From contig CM074807.1 of the NCBI GenBank assembly GCA_037447605.1, forward strand, positions 2,108,001-2,172,000: DNA of 64,000 nt, given 5' to 3'. This stretch comes from Zygnema circumcarinatum SAG 698-1b (lineage: Eukaryota; Plantae; Zygnematophyceae). The notes beneath the pieces are model-generated. The model made no database searches. It saw only the letters and a program-made list of their open reading frames with translations, and was not told the origin of the DNA. The translations under genes were made by a program, and so were the position numbers. Within the stretch, counting starts at the first letter, position 1; the number at the start of each line of letters is the position of its first letter. Shown in pieces: positions 21,355 through 34,000 of this stretch.

Positions 21355-23825
21355 ATGCTGCGCCATGGATGTGGCATCGCTGTCCTCCTCTTCTCCACCC
21401 TCCTTTTCTGCGAGTACTTTATCCATTTTCGCCCCTATGCAAACCCTGCCTGTCACTGGCCGCCACTGGACCCGGCGCCTCGCAAGAATGAGCGCGTTCA
21501 CCGCCGCAGGCCTCTTCTTGCTGCCAAGCCGCGCACGCTGAGAGCTGTTGTCATCGCTGACTTGAACATAATGGGAGCCAAAGGAGCCTATATTGACAGG
21601 CTCCGTCGCGAATGGTTCATGAAACGCGCCTTTGAGGTAGATCCCCTCATCCATTGACGTTTTTAGCCGTAGCCGTCGAAAGGATGATGTGCATCTACTT
21701 CTGTCGTCATTGTTTCCAGTCAGAGTGCCAAGGTCAGGGCGGTTTCTGAAACTGTTCGTTTATTTGTGTTGGTTGTTTACTTCTTTATGCAGAGAGCTTT
21801 GAGCAAGTTGCGTCCAGAAATGGTGCTGGTTCTGGGTGACATGTCACAAGATGGATGTAATGCATCGGATGCGGAGTGGGACGAAGTCCTACGACGTTTT
21901 CGAAAGGTGACCGGACGGCCTTCAGAGCTCGCCCTGCATGTTTTGCCGGGCGATCGCGATATTGGAAACCACGAAAACGCAAACGAAGTAGTTATCCAGC
22001 GATTCGCCAACACTTTCTCAGCTCGCAGCCCAAGTAGTAGCAGCCTCTTTGAATGGGAAAATATTAGTTTCGTTTCGCTGAATGCCATGACGTTTTTGGG
22101 AGATGGCTGTTCTCGTTGTTTGCGAGCAGAAAGGGTCATCGAGACGGCTAGCAGACGTCTTTTTGGTGAAACAGGAGTCTCAAACGGTTCAAATCCCCGG
22201 CCCAATGAATCACTGGAAGAAGAGCTAATGCCTGATCACAGTTATACGGCCAGTGTAGATAGCTTAGACAGGAAAGCAGCAGATGTAGATAGAGAAGAGA
22301 AGCAACTGGCTGCTTGGTTCCCTGGACCTGTGGTGCTTCTTCACCTCCCGTTGTTCCGAAAAGATGACAATGTGTGCAGCGCCGTGGACATCCCTCGCTG
22401 TGGGCCATGGCATCAGGTGGATGGCGTTTGTCTGGATATAAACTCACCGGCAGACATGTAAGTTTGGGAACTCTCAACTATTAATAACACCATAGTATGC
22501 ATGTGAGCTTTTGGGGTGACATTCCCTGTCAGACCCTTACGAACTCTTGTCGTGCTTCTGAAGAACAAATGGCCGCTGAATTTAACACTGGATTGTCGGA
22601 TCTCCATGGCAACTCAATGTGCCTCAGCGAATATTGAATAAGACTGAACAGAACTTTGCTTTGCTTTTTGTTGAGCAAAGTCAGTTATGAGTCTGACATC
22701 CTTTGTTTGCGATTTGAATTTTTCCTTGCGTCACAATGTTGGATAGTTTCTTTTGTATCAGTGATAAAAGTCCCAAGAAGTTCACTTAACTGGATTATGA
22801 TGCAAGATGCCGAGGGCACGGTCTTGCAAAGTAGTCGGGGCATGCACCTTTGTCATTTGGTGCGGTCCAACTTGACTGTACCTTGTCCAGCTTGCTTTTG
22901 AGAAAGTACTATGTTCAGGTTCAGAAGAGGAGGGATGATGATAAAAGCTTCAGCTTTTCGTAAGTAGATCTGATTTTGAAGGAAGAACCTTTGTGGGAGA
23001 GGGGTCTAGTGTGAAAGAGATTGGCCATTGATCCTGGAGTCGGAAAACTCGTCCTTGCCTCATTCCTGGCGGCTCACATTCCGGAGTTGTGAGTGCAGAT
23101 CGGCCCCGCGCCAAGAATCGTATAAACCTGGGATTGACGTTCTTACCCAGAATGCCTCTGAGTATATCCTACATGCCCTCCGTCCACGGTGAGCTCCTCA
23201 CTCTCTGTGTTTTCCTAGAACCTTGTCTCCAAGGCTAGGTATTGGGCAACTTTGTTCATGGCGTTCAGGGCTTTTGACGCCTTTTCTAAAATTATGCAGT
23301 CTCCTCTCCCAGCAGAGAATAGGCCATCAGACGTTCCAGGTTGTTCTATATATTCCGGTAAATGTGCGCTTCACTGTGTCTTTGATGGTGATTGGTCAGT
23401 TGCTATCCATCGAGTTCGGTTGCAATGCCATCGATCATATACACGTCTCACTCATTTGAAAGCAACGAATGCTAATTGGCCTGCTTTTGCTGCCTCGCGT
23501 GACATACCCTGCGCGATCGTGATGGTTTTGTTCCAGAATTGTATTCTCTGCTCACACACATCGATACTGTGAGCGTATCCACGGCAACAAAACAAGAGAA
23601 ATCACGGTTCCGTCATTCAGTTGGAGTAACAGAGACGACCCGAGTTTCCTTCTGGCCGCCTTTCACCCCAATGGCAGTGTTACCACTCAGCTTTGTGCCC
23701 TCCCTAGAGAGAGCATTGTGCTGGGCACTTATGCCATAGTGGGCATGGTGGTCATTTTGTGGCTTCTGTGTGTGGCAGTTGGTAGATGCTGTTGTCCAAG
23801 AAATGAGCACCAGAAGCAGGAGTAG
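21355..23825 (+). CDS. MPPE1: Metallophosphoesterase 1-like (MPPE1/PGAP5/Cdc1 family); multi-exon, first exons 21355-21636 and 21793-22457
   Basis: N-terminal TM, then LFCEY, AVVIADL, RPEMVLVLGD, PGDRDIG, LLHLPL, FSAHTH and EITVPSFSW, with a C-terminal TM before TAG at 23823-23825. Confidence 0.85.
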
Positions 23826-25042
23826 GTCGGCAGAGGGAAGTCACAGCCATGTGTCTGGTCGGAATGTGGAAGCCATCCATTCTTTGTACAGTTGTCATTA
23901 ATAAGCCGCCGAGGTCAGCAGCTAGGAAAATGCAAGCGCGTTTGTACAGTGCTCACATAAGTGCCTGCTTTAGTATGGCTGGCGATTCCTGAGGCGTGTC
24001 ACTTTCTGTCGTTCCCCCTACGCACTGTTCGGTGTATTCTGGAGGGATTCCATGTATTCAAATTAGCTGCAGTGCTTGTATAGGACTCCTGTTTCCCGCA
24101 TAGAACCGTGTTGATTACGATGGCAAAATTATGACGTGTAAAAGGATTTTAATCCGTTGATGGTCCGGCGTCTCTAGTGCCGTCAACACGCACTTCGGAG
24201 CTTGCTGATTGCTATTTCAGCGTAACGAAATGCGGGTTTGAGAAGAAATGCCGACCAGAAAAAGTGACAGCTAACGCCGGTGAATCATGCCGTCGTTTCA
24301 AACAAATGTTGGGGATGTCTGACACCGTCTGTCTGGTTTGATACCGTAAAACCGAACAGGCTGAGAAAGAAATTACTATTAATTACGATTACTATTCGTA
24401 ATCGGTGTTAAAAAAAAAGGCTATTTCCGCGTTAGGTTTCTCTTTTGTTTCTGAACAACGGTCCTTGTTCACATGCGAACCAATACGAAACCAAATTGAA
24501 GATTAACTCTCGGTCATGTTCAATCTCAATTTACTTTGCATCCACCGATCAACAATGAGTTGTCCACGCGCTTTGCGATTTGCCAAAATCGTTGATCTGG
24601 CGAGAAAAATCGGACGGCAAAAATTGGGCCGGAGGTCAGCAAATCTCGCAGATTGTTTGAACCCTATGTGGCAAAAACTGGAATCCGCAAGTGTAACCGA
24701 ACAGATTGACACGAACAATTGAGCTTTGTTTCTGTATTGTTCAATTTGGAAAACTATTCATTTCGAGTGTTCTAAGTTCGAATGAGATCTTTTCATTTGA
24801 TATTTCAACAATTCCCAAAACAAATTTCAATTCTTCAAATGAACGGCAGCAGCGTCCGCTCCCCCCCCGCGGGCGAAGTTGTTGATCGCGCCCTTGGACC
24901 CGGCAAACGCGGCGTGCTCACGCGGTCACGTCGCGTCACGATCACGGGTACGCTCGGACGGGGGGGGGGCGCAGTTTTGACAACCGTTGCCTCGACCAGC
25001 CCGCCCGCCTGGACCCGTCGTGACCGGCCGGAAGGGACGCGA

Positions 25043-25193
25043 CACGTGGCAGCACCCACGAGTCCACGTGTCGCGTGCTCGCCGTCCTTTATGTCCACGT
25101 GGCTATAGCAAAGGCCTTGACACGTGGTACCTATAATCCTTTCTCGTAAGTCGGCGCCACGTGACGCATGCAGCCTCGCTTGTTGCCGCGTGG
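25043..25193 (+). promoter_or_regulatory. Dense G-box/ABRE cluster upstream of the second LEA-like gene
   Basis: CACGTG at 25043, 25065, 25096, 25121 and 25158 (five in 121 bp), plus a CE3-like GCCGCGTGGC near 25184. Confidence 0.75.
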
Positions 25194-25480
25194 CACCGTC
25201 CAGTGCGCCTTTGCATGGCCGTTTCTGCCGCAGTTTCCTTTGCAATAAAAAGAAATACTTTCTGGGGTGATTTCTTATTGTGCATTCCGGCTTCCGAGTA
25301 CTGATTCCGACCCGGTGCTCGTCCAGACTCCCTGACGAGCGGCCCCCAGTAAATGAGCAGACGGAGGGACCGGGGGTGTACTTTTGGGGCTGCGAGCGGT
25401 GGGGCCTTCACTCTCCTCTCCTCTCTCCTCCGGGTCTGCTCTGCTCTGCTCTCCGCGGGGCCATTTTTGAGCTAACGAGC

Positions 25481-26794
25481 ATGTCGGGCGGGCGGGAAGG
25501 CCAGGCTCCCGAGGAGGAGGAGGAAGAGAAGCGTTACTATGAGGCCTCTGAAACAGCGGGGCAACCTGCCGGGCAGGGGCAGGTGAGGAGTTGGGGAAAG
25601 GGCTGGCTTGGAATGGGGAAGCAGGAGGCTGGAAAGGCGCAGCAGCAAGGAGGAGAAGCTGCAGAAAAAGCGCAGGAGGTTTCTGAGGAGACGGCGGGAC
25701 GAGCTCAGGAGAAGGGAGGGCAGTTGAAGGAGCAGGCGGGAGAATTTGCAGGACAAGCTAAAGAAAAGACCAGTGGGGCTGCTGAGAGGGCCAAAGAACA
25801 GGTCGGTGGCAAAGCCGGGGAGGCGAAAGAGAGAGCGGGCGGTTTGGCGGAGCAAACAAAGGAAAAGACAGGCAATGTTGTCGACCAGGCGAAGGAACGA
25901 GGACAAGAGTATTGGGAGGGTGAGAGGGGTCAGCAGATTCGTGGCCAGGCGGAGGAGTATGGCCAGCGGGCGGGAGATGTTGCCCGTCGTACCAAAGACA
26001 CTGCAGGGGGATATGTGCAGCAAACACGCGAAGGGGGCCGCCAGTTCATGACTGAAATTAAAGAAGAGGGAGAAGGCGAAGGGCTTGGTGGTGAAATAGG
26101 CAGGCGTACCAAACAAGCTGGTCGCGCTGTTCAAGACAAGGCGCACGAGATCGCGGAAAATCCAGAAGCCCGCCAAGGTCTTCTGGAGGATGCAGGGCGG
26201 TTTCTTGGGGCTATGCGTGCCCAGGGAGGCGGCATCGGCAAGGAGGCGGAAGCGCTGGGTCATGGAGCACAGATGATCAGCGAGACAGCGCAGCAAACAT
26301 GGGAGCACGTCCCTGATGAAGCAAAGCAGGCAGTGGTTGCTGGTGGAAAGAAGCTTGCCGAGACAACGGATCGACTGTGGACCAAGTTTTTCGGGATTGT
26401 AGAGAGGGCCTTGGATCTTGCCGATAAAAAGCTTTTCCAGGATGAGGAGGAGGGTGAGGATATTGAAGCGGGTCAGGTTCACCGCGGGGAGGAGGCGTCG
26501 CATCCAAATCAAGAGCAGACGGGGCCAAAGCAGCCACTCCTGCAGAAGCCAGGTTTTTTGAAGACCAAAGATCCTAGGCAGAAGGAGCGAGAAAGGAAGG
26601 AGAAGGAGAAACAAAAGCGCCAAAAAAATGTGAAGTTGGTCACTCAAGTCATCGGCGGCATTATCGTTCTCCTTTTGTCGACCATTCTTCTCTTCTTCCT
26701 GGGCTTCTTCTTGCTGCCGATATTACTGATTGCCCTACTGCTTGTTCTCATGGGCTTTCAGTGCTATGCTTGCTGCGGCATTGGCTCAAGCTAA
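25481..26794 (+). CDS. LEA-like hydrophilic repeat protein, 437 aa, with a long C-terminal hydrophobic segment
   Basis: Single ORF from MSGGREGQ with repeats such as AGQAKEKTSGAAERAKEQ and AGGLAEQTKEKTG. A basic linker is followed by about 35 hydrophobic residues and CYACC. Confidence 0.8.
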   Translation: MSGGREGQAPEEEEEEKRYYEASETAGQPAGQGQVRSWGKGWLGMGKQEAGKAQQQGGEAAEKAQEVSEETAGRAQEKGGQLKEQAGEFAGQAKEKTSGAAERAKEQVGGKAGEAKERAGGLAEQTKEKTGNVVDQAKERGQEYWEGERGQQIRGQAEEYGQRAGDVARRTKDTAGGYVQQTREGGRQFMTEIKEEGEGEGLGGEIGRRTKQAGRAVQDKAHEIAENPEARQGLLEDAGRFLGAMRAQGGGIGKEAEALGHGAQMISETAQQTWEHVPDEAKQAVVAGGKKLAETTDRLWTKFFGIVERALDLADKKLFQDEEEGEDIEAGQVHRGEEASHPNQEQTGPKQPLLQKPGFLKTKDPRQKERERKEKEKQKRQKNVKLVTQVIGGIIVLLLSTILLFFLGFFLLPILLIALLLVLMGFQCYACCGIGSS

Positions 26795-28321
26795 ACGCTG
26801 CAGGTACGACATGTCAATGCTGATAATCGCCGTGAGGCGACGTTATCGGAAGAATAAAATCTCGCTGTCACCGGTGGAGGACTGCAATGACTTTGTCAAA
26901 GAGATGACGAATGGCAGACATGGAGGTCTGGCACGTTTTTTTGCCAGCTCTGAGTTTGGGCGACGGAGGAAACGCGAGTAATGTACCTCTGCATGGTTTC
27001 GCAACCATGCTTGTTGCTCTGATCTGCGAAAGCTGTGATCCTGCCGGCGTGCACGGCAGAACTCTGTAAGGGAAGGGAAAGGCACGCGTCGCTTTTAACA
27101 GGATGCTTTTCCAATATCAGACTCAGAAGCCGCTGGCTCCAAACAATGTTGCATACTTGGCAGCGATTGCGTTATGAGTAATACTTGTATAGGCTGTGCT
27201 ATAAAGCATCCATATTGGACCTCATTGTGTTTGGGAGCTGCATGCTGGATTTTGTGTGCCCATTTGTTACTTCTGAATTGCCATGGAACCATAAGGTAAT
27301 CATTCTTACAGTTTGGCATCACTTGTCTGGAAATGCGATTTCACAAAAATAACATTGCATTTACCTGACTATCCAAATGAACAGTATGGTGAGTCTTCAC
27401 TTCTCAAGCATTCTGGTTGAATCAGGCACAAAGTTTCATCTTCACATGCCAATTTGTACCATCACAACGCCGAAGTCTTGCAAGTAGCGCCCACAAACAT
27501 GTAAACGTGCAGTCCACAACGAGCAGTCTTAAAAATTGTTATTGAGAGCCGTTGGTAAATACACCAAATTGGCAGTTAGAGCATCTGACATGTCGCTGCC
27601 GAAGTTCACCTCTATGAAGCCATAGCCCGCAGAGACATGCGAGGAGTGAAGGAACGGTCAAGACACTGAAGAATTAGACCCAGCCACGGCCTCTGCCACC
27701 AAGAGCAAGGAAGCAGCAGGACAAGGAGTGGCTCAAAATCGGAAAAGTCTAGCAGGACAGAGAGGTGATGCACTCCAACTCCCACTTGTGTAGAAAGGTC
27801 AGAAAAAGAATCCCGAACTGTGCTTCAAACGGCTACACGCTGTTCCATAGTTTTGCACGAAGGGCTAAAAAAGCACTTATCGATGGAGTAACTCGGCTCC
27901 GACCAAATGGTTCAGAAAGCTTGGAGTGATCCGACTTGGAGGACCACCAAATGTGTGAATTGCAGACTACACAAACTCACCCTAATCTTCAATCCTTAAA
28001 AATGAGCCAGAGAAGGACGACTCGAAATGAATCGGGACAAACACCGACCGTTGTTCAGCTCAGCACCTACTTATCTCCCCTTCAGCCACATGGTCATGTT
28101 CTAATGAGGCGAAAGTATTTAGCATATAGCCAAGCAGGTGAAGGCCCTTAAAAAAGGTTCATTTCTGCAAGCAAAACAGAAATTGGTTTCAGAACGAAAC
28201 ACCTCCAACTCTATTCGAGTGTGCTCGAAGTATTGCACAAAGGCTATCCAGCCTGACAATTTCAAAATCCTCTGCCCGAGTCAGATAGCTCACCATTTCA
28301 CTACTTACGGTCACCCCCCCA

Positions 28322-30349
28322 TCACCGATCATCCTTCAACCGCAGGAAGCCCCTCATAATTCCATTGATTCAGGCCTCCTTTGACATGCCGAACATTAGT
28401 GAAGCCCGCCTCCTGAAGCTCATAGCATGCTTTCAGAGACCTGCAGTTAAACATACGGTTCCCAAGAATTAATCAAAACCAAAAGGCACATGCAGCGACC
28501 CCCTTTTCCAACTTATCTCCATCCACAGACAACGCAGTGAGAACCTGCCTTGAACGAGCCGAGGATTCCCTATGAACACATTCCCTATCCTGCACATACC
28601 TGGAGGAGATACCGAATGTGAGCCAGGGGTCATTGTACTTCTTCGCCTTAGGGCCCGTGCGCTCGACATAGGTCTGCAGAGTGCCCCCCCGCGAGCAAAT
28701 CACCAGCACCGGGCGGCCTTTTCGCCTGTCACCCCCCACGGCCTCCACTGCCATCCGAACAAAATCGGGGTTTCGCTCCGTTCCTGCAAAGTCTGTGATT
28801 AGAGCGTAACCGAGTCTCCTGAAAACAGAAATGCCAGATGACTGTCACTTTGCAGCCTGAAATAAGTCACGCCAAAGCAGGTGTGCTTGAGAATGCAAGG
28901 AAGCAATGAAGTTGGATTTCCCCGAAGCATGATAGGCCATAAAACACGTGGATGCATTCGTCGACAGGTATGAGTTATACTTATTAGAGCAATTCACATA
29001 AAGCGAAGTACTTCAATAATAGTATGTCATTCTGAGCCAAGCTCGTGAAACTTTGGAGGCAGGTTAAGAAGACCAAAAAAAAATTGCTGAGTGGACAGAA
29101 ATTGCTGTACTAACCTCAAATTCGCCTTCACGTCATTGCCTTGAATGAGACGAAAGAGCGGAGCACTCTTTGCTCCTTCTGCGTGAATCTGACATAACAC
29201 CCTTCATCCCACAAAAACCATCCATGAAAACCAGGCGCGACCAATCTTGACAAGACCATGAGATTGCTTCAACTTCACATTCCAGTCCCTGAAAGTAGTC
29301 TGCTGGCCACCGTTGGCCAGGATATTGGCAAAACCTCCATTCGGCTAACTCCAGAAAAAATGTGAATTTCCTGCTTAGACTATGGATCTGAAAGAACAAC
29401 GCTCTGCTTACCTTTTCGTAGTCTTGCTCTTCTCGTACATCCAGAATGACGGCAGGGTTAAAGCGGCTTGTGGCCAAGCGAAGGGCCTCTCCCGGCACTA
29501 CGCTCTGCAACTTTCGCTCAGTGAGAGCTCGATGAACCTCTGCATATTGAACTCCACCAAAAAAATGGAAGCGCTAAGCGAGAATTAGGGATAGGGATTC
29601 TCGAGGAAATTTTGCATTGAAATGAGTTCAGCCATCCCAACTGTACATCCATGATGTGCACACAGTTTTTTCTGGAATTCACCACGCCTCACCTAGCCAG
29701 GCAGTATACTGAAAGGAATCATCAAATAGGGTTCCCACCCGACCTTGAGTTGCAGCCGATGCCTGCAACGCGACCGAGTGCATAGTTTGAATAAACGCAG
29801 ACAATCTAACAAGTGCTTTGCGAAACAGCTCAAATTTGGCCTCATCTAAGCTGGTCAGAGACACCCTAAAGAGAAGTGAGTACCGCCCAAATGAGCGCAT
29901 TCAAGATCCCTCCGGGCAACCTGCTATACTTGGACTGCTGCTGATCCACACTGTAACGAAACATTGACCAGCGCTTACCTCCTTCAACTTCTTCAACTTG
30001 GCCTCCATGGTCTGTTCTGCCACGAACGTATTAAAGAACCATCCCTTGTCCCGGCCCTGCGCCAAATCACTCCTCTATCAGCAGTCAAATACGCGTTTCT
30101 GCACAACGATATCGAGAGCAGACTATTTCCGCAAATAGAGCTCCATCAATGTACCTCCTTCTGCTCGGAAGCAGCTCGCCCGCCTCCCTGACAACTGGTC
30201 ACATATCCTCTCCATGGTCGGTCCACTACAGCCTGCAAATTTCCCCTTTCCCCTGCTCGACCGGCGAGAGGGCGCGGATGCGGATCTTGCAGAAAGGCGG
30301 AGGGCCCCCCTGCTGCGGCAACGTGCAGCCTGCACGTGGCAGCCGCCAT
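28322..30349 (-). CDS. Rhodanese-like domain protein, probably plastid-targeted; multi-exon
   Basis: Transit-peptide-like MAAATCRLHV..., ILDVR, VLVICSRGGTL, and SRSLKACYELQEAGFTNVRHVKGGLNQW. Internal exons are not all resolved. Confidence 0.8.
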
Positions 30350-30530
30350 GGCTTTTCTCCGTCTGCAGAGGGAGTGCAAAGCTCTGCCCTGAGCAAACCC
30401 TAACCCTAATTTTGAACTGAACCTTATTGACGATCGCTACGGTAATAATAAAACTATCGCTCAGCTACGGCGCGGTATCCTCCGCCTCTTGGTCTTATCT
30501 CCCGCCTCCAAACTATGGCGGAGGGCGAAT

Positions 30531-30572
30531 AAAGGTCACGCATTTGTGGAATTTGACACAGAGGAGGCAGTT
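30531..30572 (+). pseudogene. Isolated RRM RNP-1-like fragment (KGHAFVEFDTEEAV)
   Basis: The motif sits in a short ORF (30489-30725) with no RNP-2 or further RRM context. Confidence 0.35.
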
Positions 30573-31052
30573 CGAGCCCCTCGCGTGGTTAAAGAGAGCC
30601 TCTCATGTTTTGCTGGCGAGTCATTCGTCAAACTGGGGGAAAGTGCCTGCATCGGGGCTTTATTGTGTCGATCAGGCTCCAACATTTTCTGGACTATTCA
30701 CCTGATTTTAAGTTTGGGATTTTAAGTTTGGCATAAGTAACATAAGGAGGAGGAGAAGTGCAACAATGGGGCGCACCCAAAACAAAAATGACAATGTTAT
30801 AAGAAAAGAGGAAGTTGACAACAGTTTCTTCTAAACCTCGTCGTCCTACGTCTACCGAGGCAATTCCTATAGTATAAATTAAGCATTCATTTCTAAAAAA
30901 TGGAATGAAAATGAAATCATACAATGAATCAAGGGCATAGAACTTGGCAGCTCCGCCTCAATGAACACTGGACTGTACACTGACTGACACCGCCTTCCAC
31001 CATCACCCTGTGAGAAAAGGAAGATTACAAGCCACCCTGAACTTCCTTTTCC

Positions 31053-34000
31053 CTATCCGCCACCCACGGCAACTCCTACCACTTCCGGCTCACTCACTGC
31101 CCCCCCCTCTGTGTCGCTAGGCCGTCCACAGTACAGCTCCAGCCAATCGCTGATCTCAGCTAGCTTGTGAAGTATACTTTCTCGAGCACGGTAGCCATGG
31201 CCTTCATGGGGGAGCATCACTAGGCGGCATTCGGCTCCGTGGCCCTTCAGCGCCGCGTAGAATCGCTCCGACTGAAAAGAAGACACCACCTGGTCAGTCT
31301 TGGAAGACAAGGAACAGTTCTAACCGACAATTAAACCAAATCGCAAGCGCAACAGAAACACTTAAGGGAAACCGGAGATTAACTCAGGTGCGGATGGTGC
31401 AAAATGCGTAAAAAGTTACTTACCTGCATAGGAAAGGTGCCCGCATTGTTGTCATCCTCCCCATGGATGAGCAGCAAGGGGCTCCTTATGGAGTTCGCCA
31501 ACATGAAGGGACTCATCTTCATGTACACCTCCGGGACCTCCCATAGTGTGCGTTCCTCACTCTGCATAGCAAATCCTCCTTCCTCCCAACTCACCACCTA
31601 CAGACATTGCTGCCACCTCTACAAAATCATACTGAATCTGTGCATCACTTTTGTGCGAGAGACTAAGTTCAATCTCCAATTGGCCCAACCAGGAGCTTTG
31701 GATAGCAAGTACTATTGAGCTGCTCACAAACAAGAGAATTTGCCAAAAGATAACAACATACTCGCGTACTTGATGAGCTTTGAGCTGACCTGAAATCCAA
31801 ATGGAGTGAATGTCCGATTGTAGGCGCCGCTCTCAGCAACCCCGCAGCAGAAAAGTTCGGGAGCGTGTGCCAATAGGTTTGCAGCCATAAAGGCTCCATA
31901 TGAATGCCCACCAATAGCGATTCTCTTCCTATCAGCGACCTGGGCGCACCGGTAGGCAGAGGCAGAAACAGCGACTTCCTCATCAGCACAAAGCCGCCAC
32001 ACACAGAAAATGCCACAAAGCGTGCATGGATAAGGGACCTCACCCCGCGCCGTACGACTTCATCAACTGCTGCCTGGGCGCTTGCAACCAACTGCTCTAC
32101 AAACCTGCAAAAAGACTCTATTCCCCCATCAACCTCCCTTCACTCACTGCACATTGCTCTTGCTCAGTCGTCTCCTTGAAGCATGTCCAGGATGCAGCTG
32201 GGTTCGGCGATGCACAGCAGCAAATTGTCAGCAAATCGGAGTCATAGGCAGCAAAGGAATGGCGGATTCAACGGACCTGTCGTTAGCTTCCTCGTCTCCC
32301 TCGCCAATGATGGGCATACTGGGCTCGCTCAGCACAGCATACCTGACAGTCACGCAAGTACACCGCACAAACTCAAGCAGATTCCACTCAGGGGCTACAT
32401 CCGAAAAGTGTCGTACCAACTGTTCTCCAGTGTCCGGTCTTTCAACAAGAAGTCAGCTGAAGTGAGTCTGAAGTTATGTTATGCCCATGGGATAGATGGA
32501 TGTCAACATGACGCACAGGCAAGCCCTTGTACAATCTGTGCTCTTGCTTAGTCTGCACTTCAGACCAACCCGCCTTCACCTAACAGGTTCAAGAGCTATG
32601 TAATGCACATTGATTTTGCTACAAAAAAGCAAAGTAGGCGTTAACTTAGGCTGCAGTCCTGCAAGCTCACATTAAGCATAACAAAAATGGTATGCAGCCT
32701 CACCCTCGAGCCAAGAATAGACGTTCAGAGGTCGCTGAAATGGAAGCAAACTGGTTCGGCGAGCCATACATCTGACCAGCTGCCTCTTTGCTTTTGTACT
32801 CGCGAGGGTATGCCCACATGAGAAGTGGGAGAGGGCCATCTCTTGCGGGGTCGTACCCAGGCGGTAGGTACAGCGTTGCTGTCAGCTGCACGCCATCTGG
32901 TCGCTCATAACGGATAATCTCCTTTGAAAGATCGCGAATGGATGGGTAGGGGTGAGGAGTTTCAGTGAGCTGCACCAGGCTCTGATCGGGCCATCTGAAG
33001 CACAGAAGAGAACAAACAAGCTACTTCACTCAATATCACTACAATAGAATAGAATACAATAGAATGCCCTGCATGTCTGCGCTGTAGTGGGGAATCAGAG
33101 AGTTTGCACTTAAATTGCAGAAGACCAGGATGGAAGTGAACCTGCGAAAAAAGTACTGCGGATTGTTCCGTTGTGTTTCCCGAGAGGTCAGTATCCTCAA
33201 GCTTTCCAGCGGGATGGGCCCTGGTTGCTGGTCAGACATGAGAGAGATAACCGATTCGTAAACTCCCTCTTCATCATTCTGCCAGATTCTCTCCGTCTGT
33301 CCAGTCTCCCTGCACACATCCCCAATGTTTTCTTTGTTTTTAACTTTTGTGTACTTTCATCACCTGCTACTGCGCATGAACGTTATTACACTTTAAGTGC
33401 TTACTCTAACCTGACAAAGGAACAATCCTTCGCACTGGAACCGAAAAATGCGATTTTTCAAGTGAATGCAGCCAACTAAAGTTCAGGCTTTTGCAACTCA
33501 GAAAGCCGAAGGACCGCAACAAGGACATGACTCAAAGTACGGATTAAAAAGTTTCACGAAAGCCCCTAGGGGGGGATTGCTGAGACATTGAGCATGGAAC
33601 CACTGAACTCACACATCTAAAAGATCCAAAAACGGAATATCACCCTCCGGGGTGGCACCGTCTCCATCCAAGAGCAGCCTCTGTTGCCCATCCGCAGTAC
33701 TAATTTTTGCCAAAATATAAGAGCCCCACGGGGTGCGGCGTAGCATGGGACTCCCGGGGTTGGAGTAGCGGTCCTCTGATGAGCGATCGAAGAGGAGAAA
33801 CGGTTCCTTTGAAGGTGATCCGGGAGAGATGGTCCATGTGCGAGTGCGGCGGGTCTTCCACCAACTCTCGTAAACAAGGGCCAAATCATCATCGCCCCAG
33901 CTCACTCCCCTGCATTCGGAACAGAGACACGGTTTTGAAGGTTAAGAACCGTATTTTCATCGGCACATACAACTTCAGACTGCTCCAATCTCGACGAACG

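Noticed and set aside
24340-24850. AT-rich block with a weak inverted repeat (CCAAATTGAA/TTCAATTTGG)
   Set aside because: It may be an old TE, but I could define no termini or TSD.
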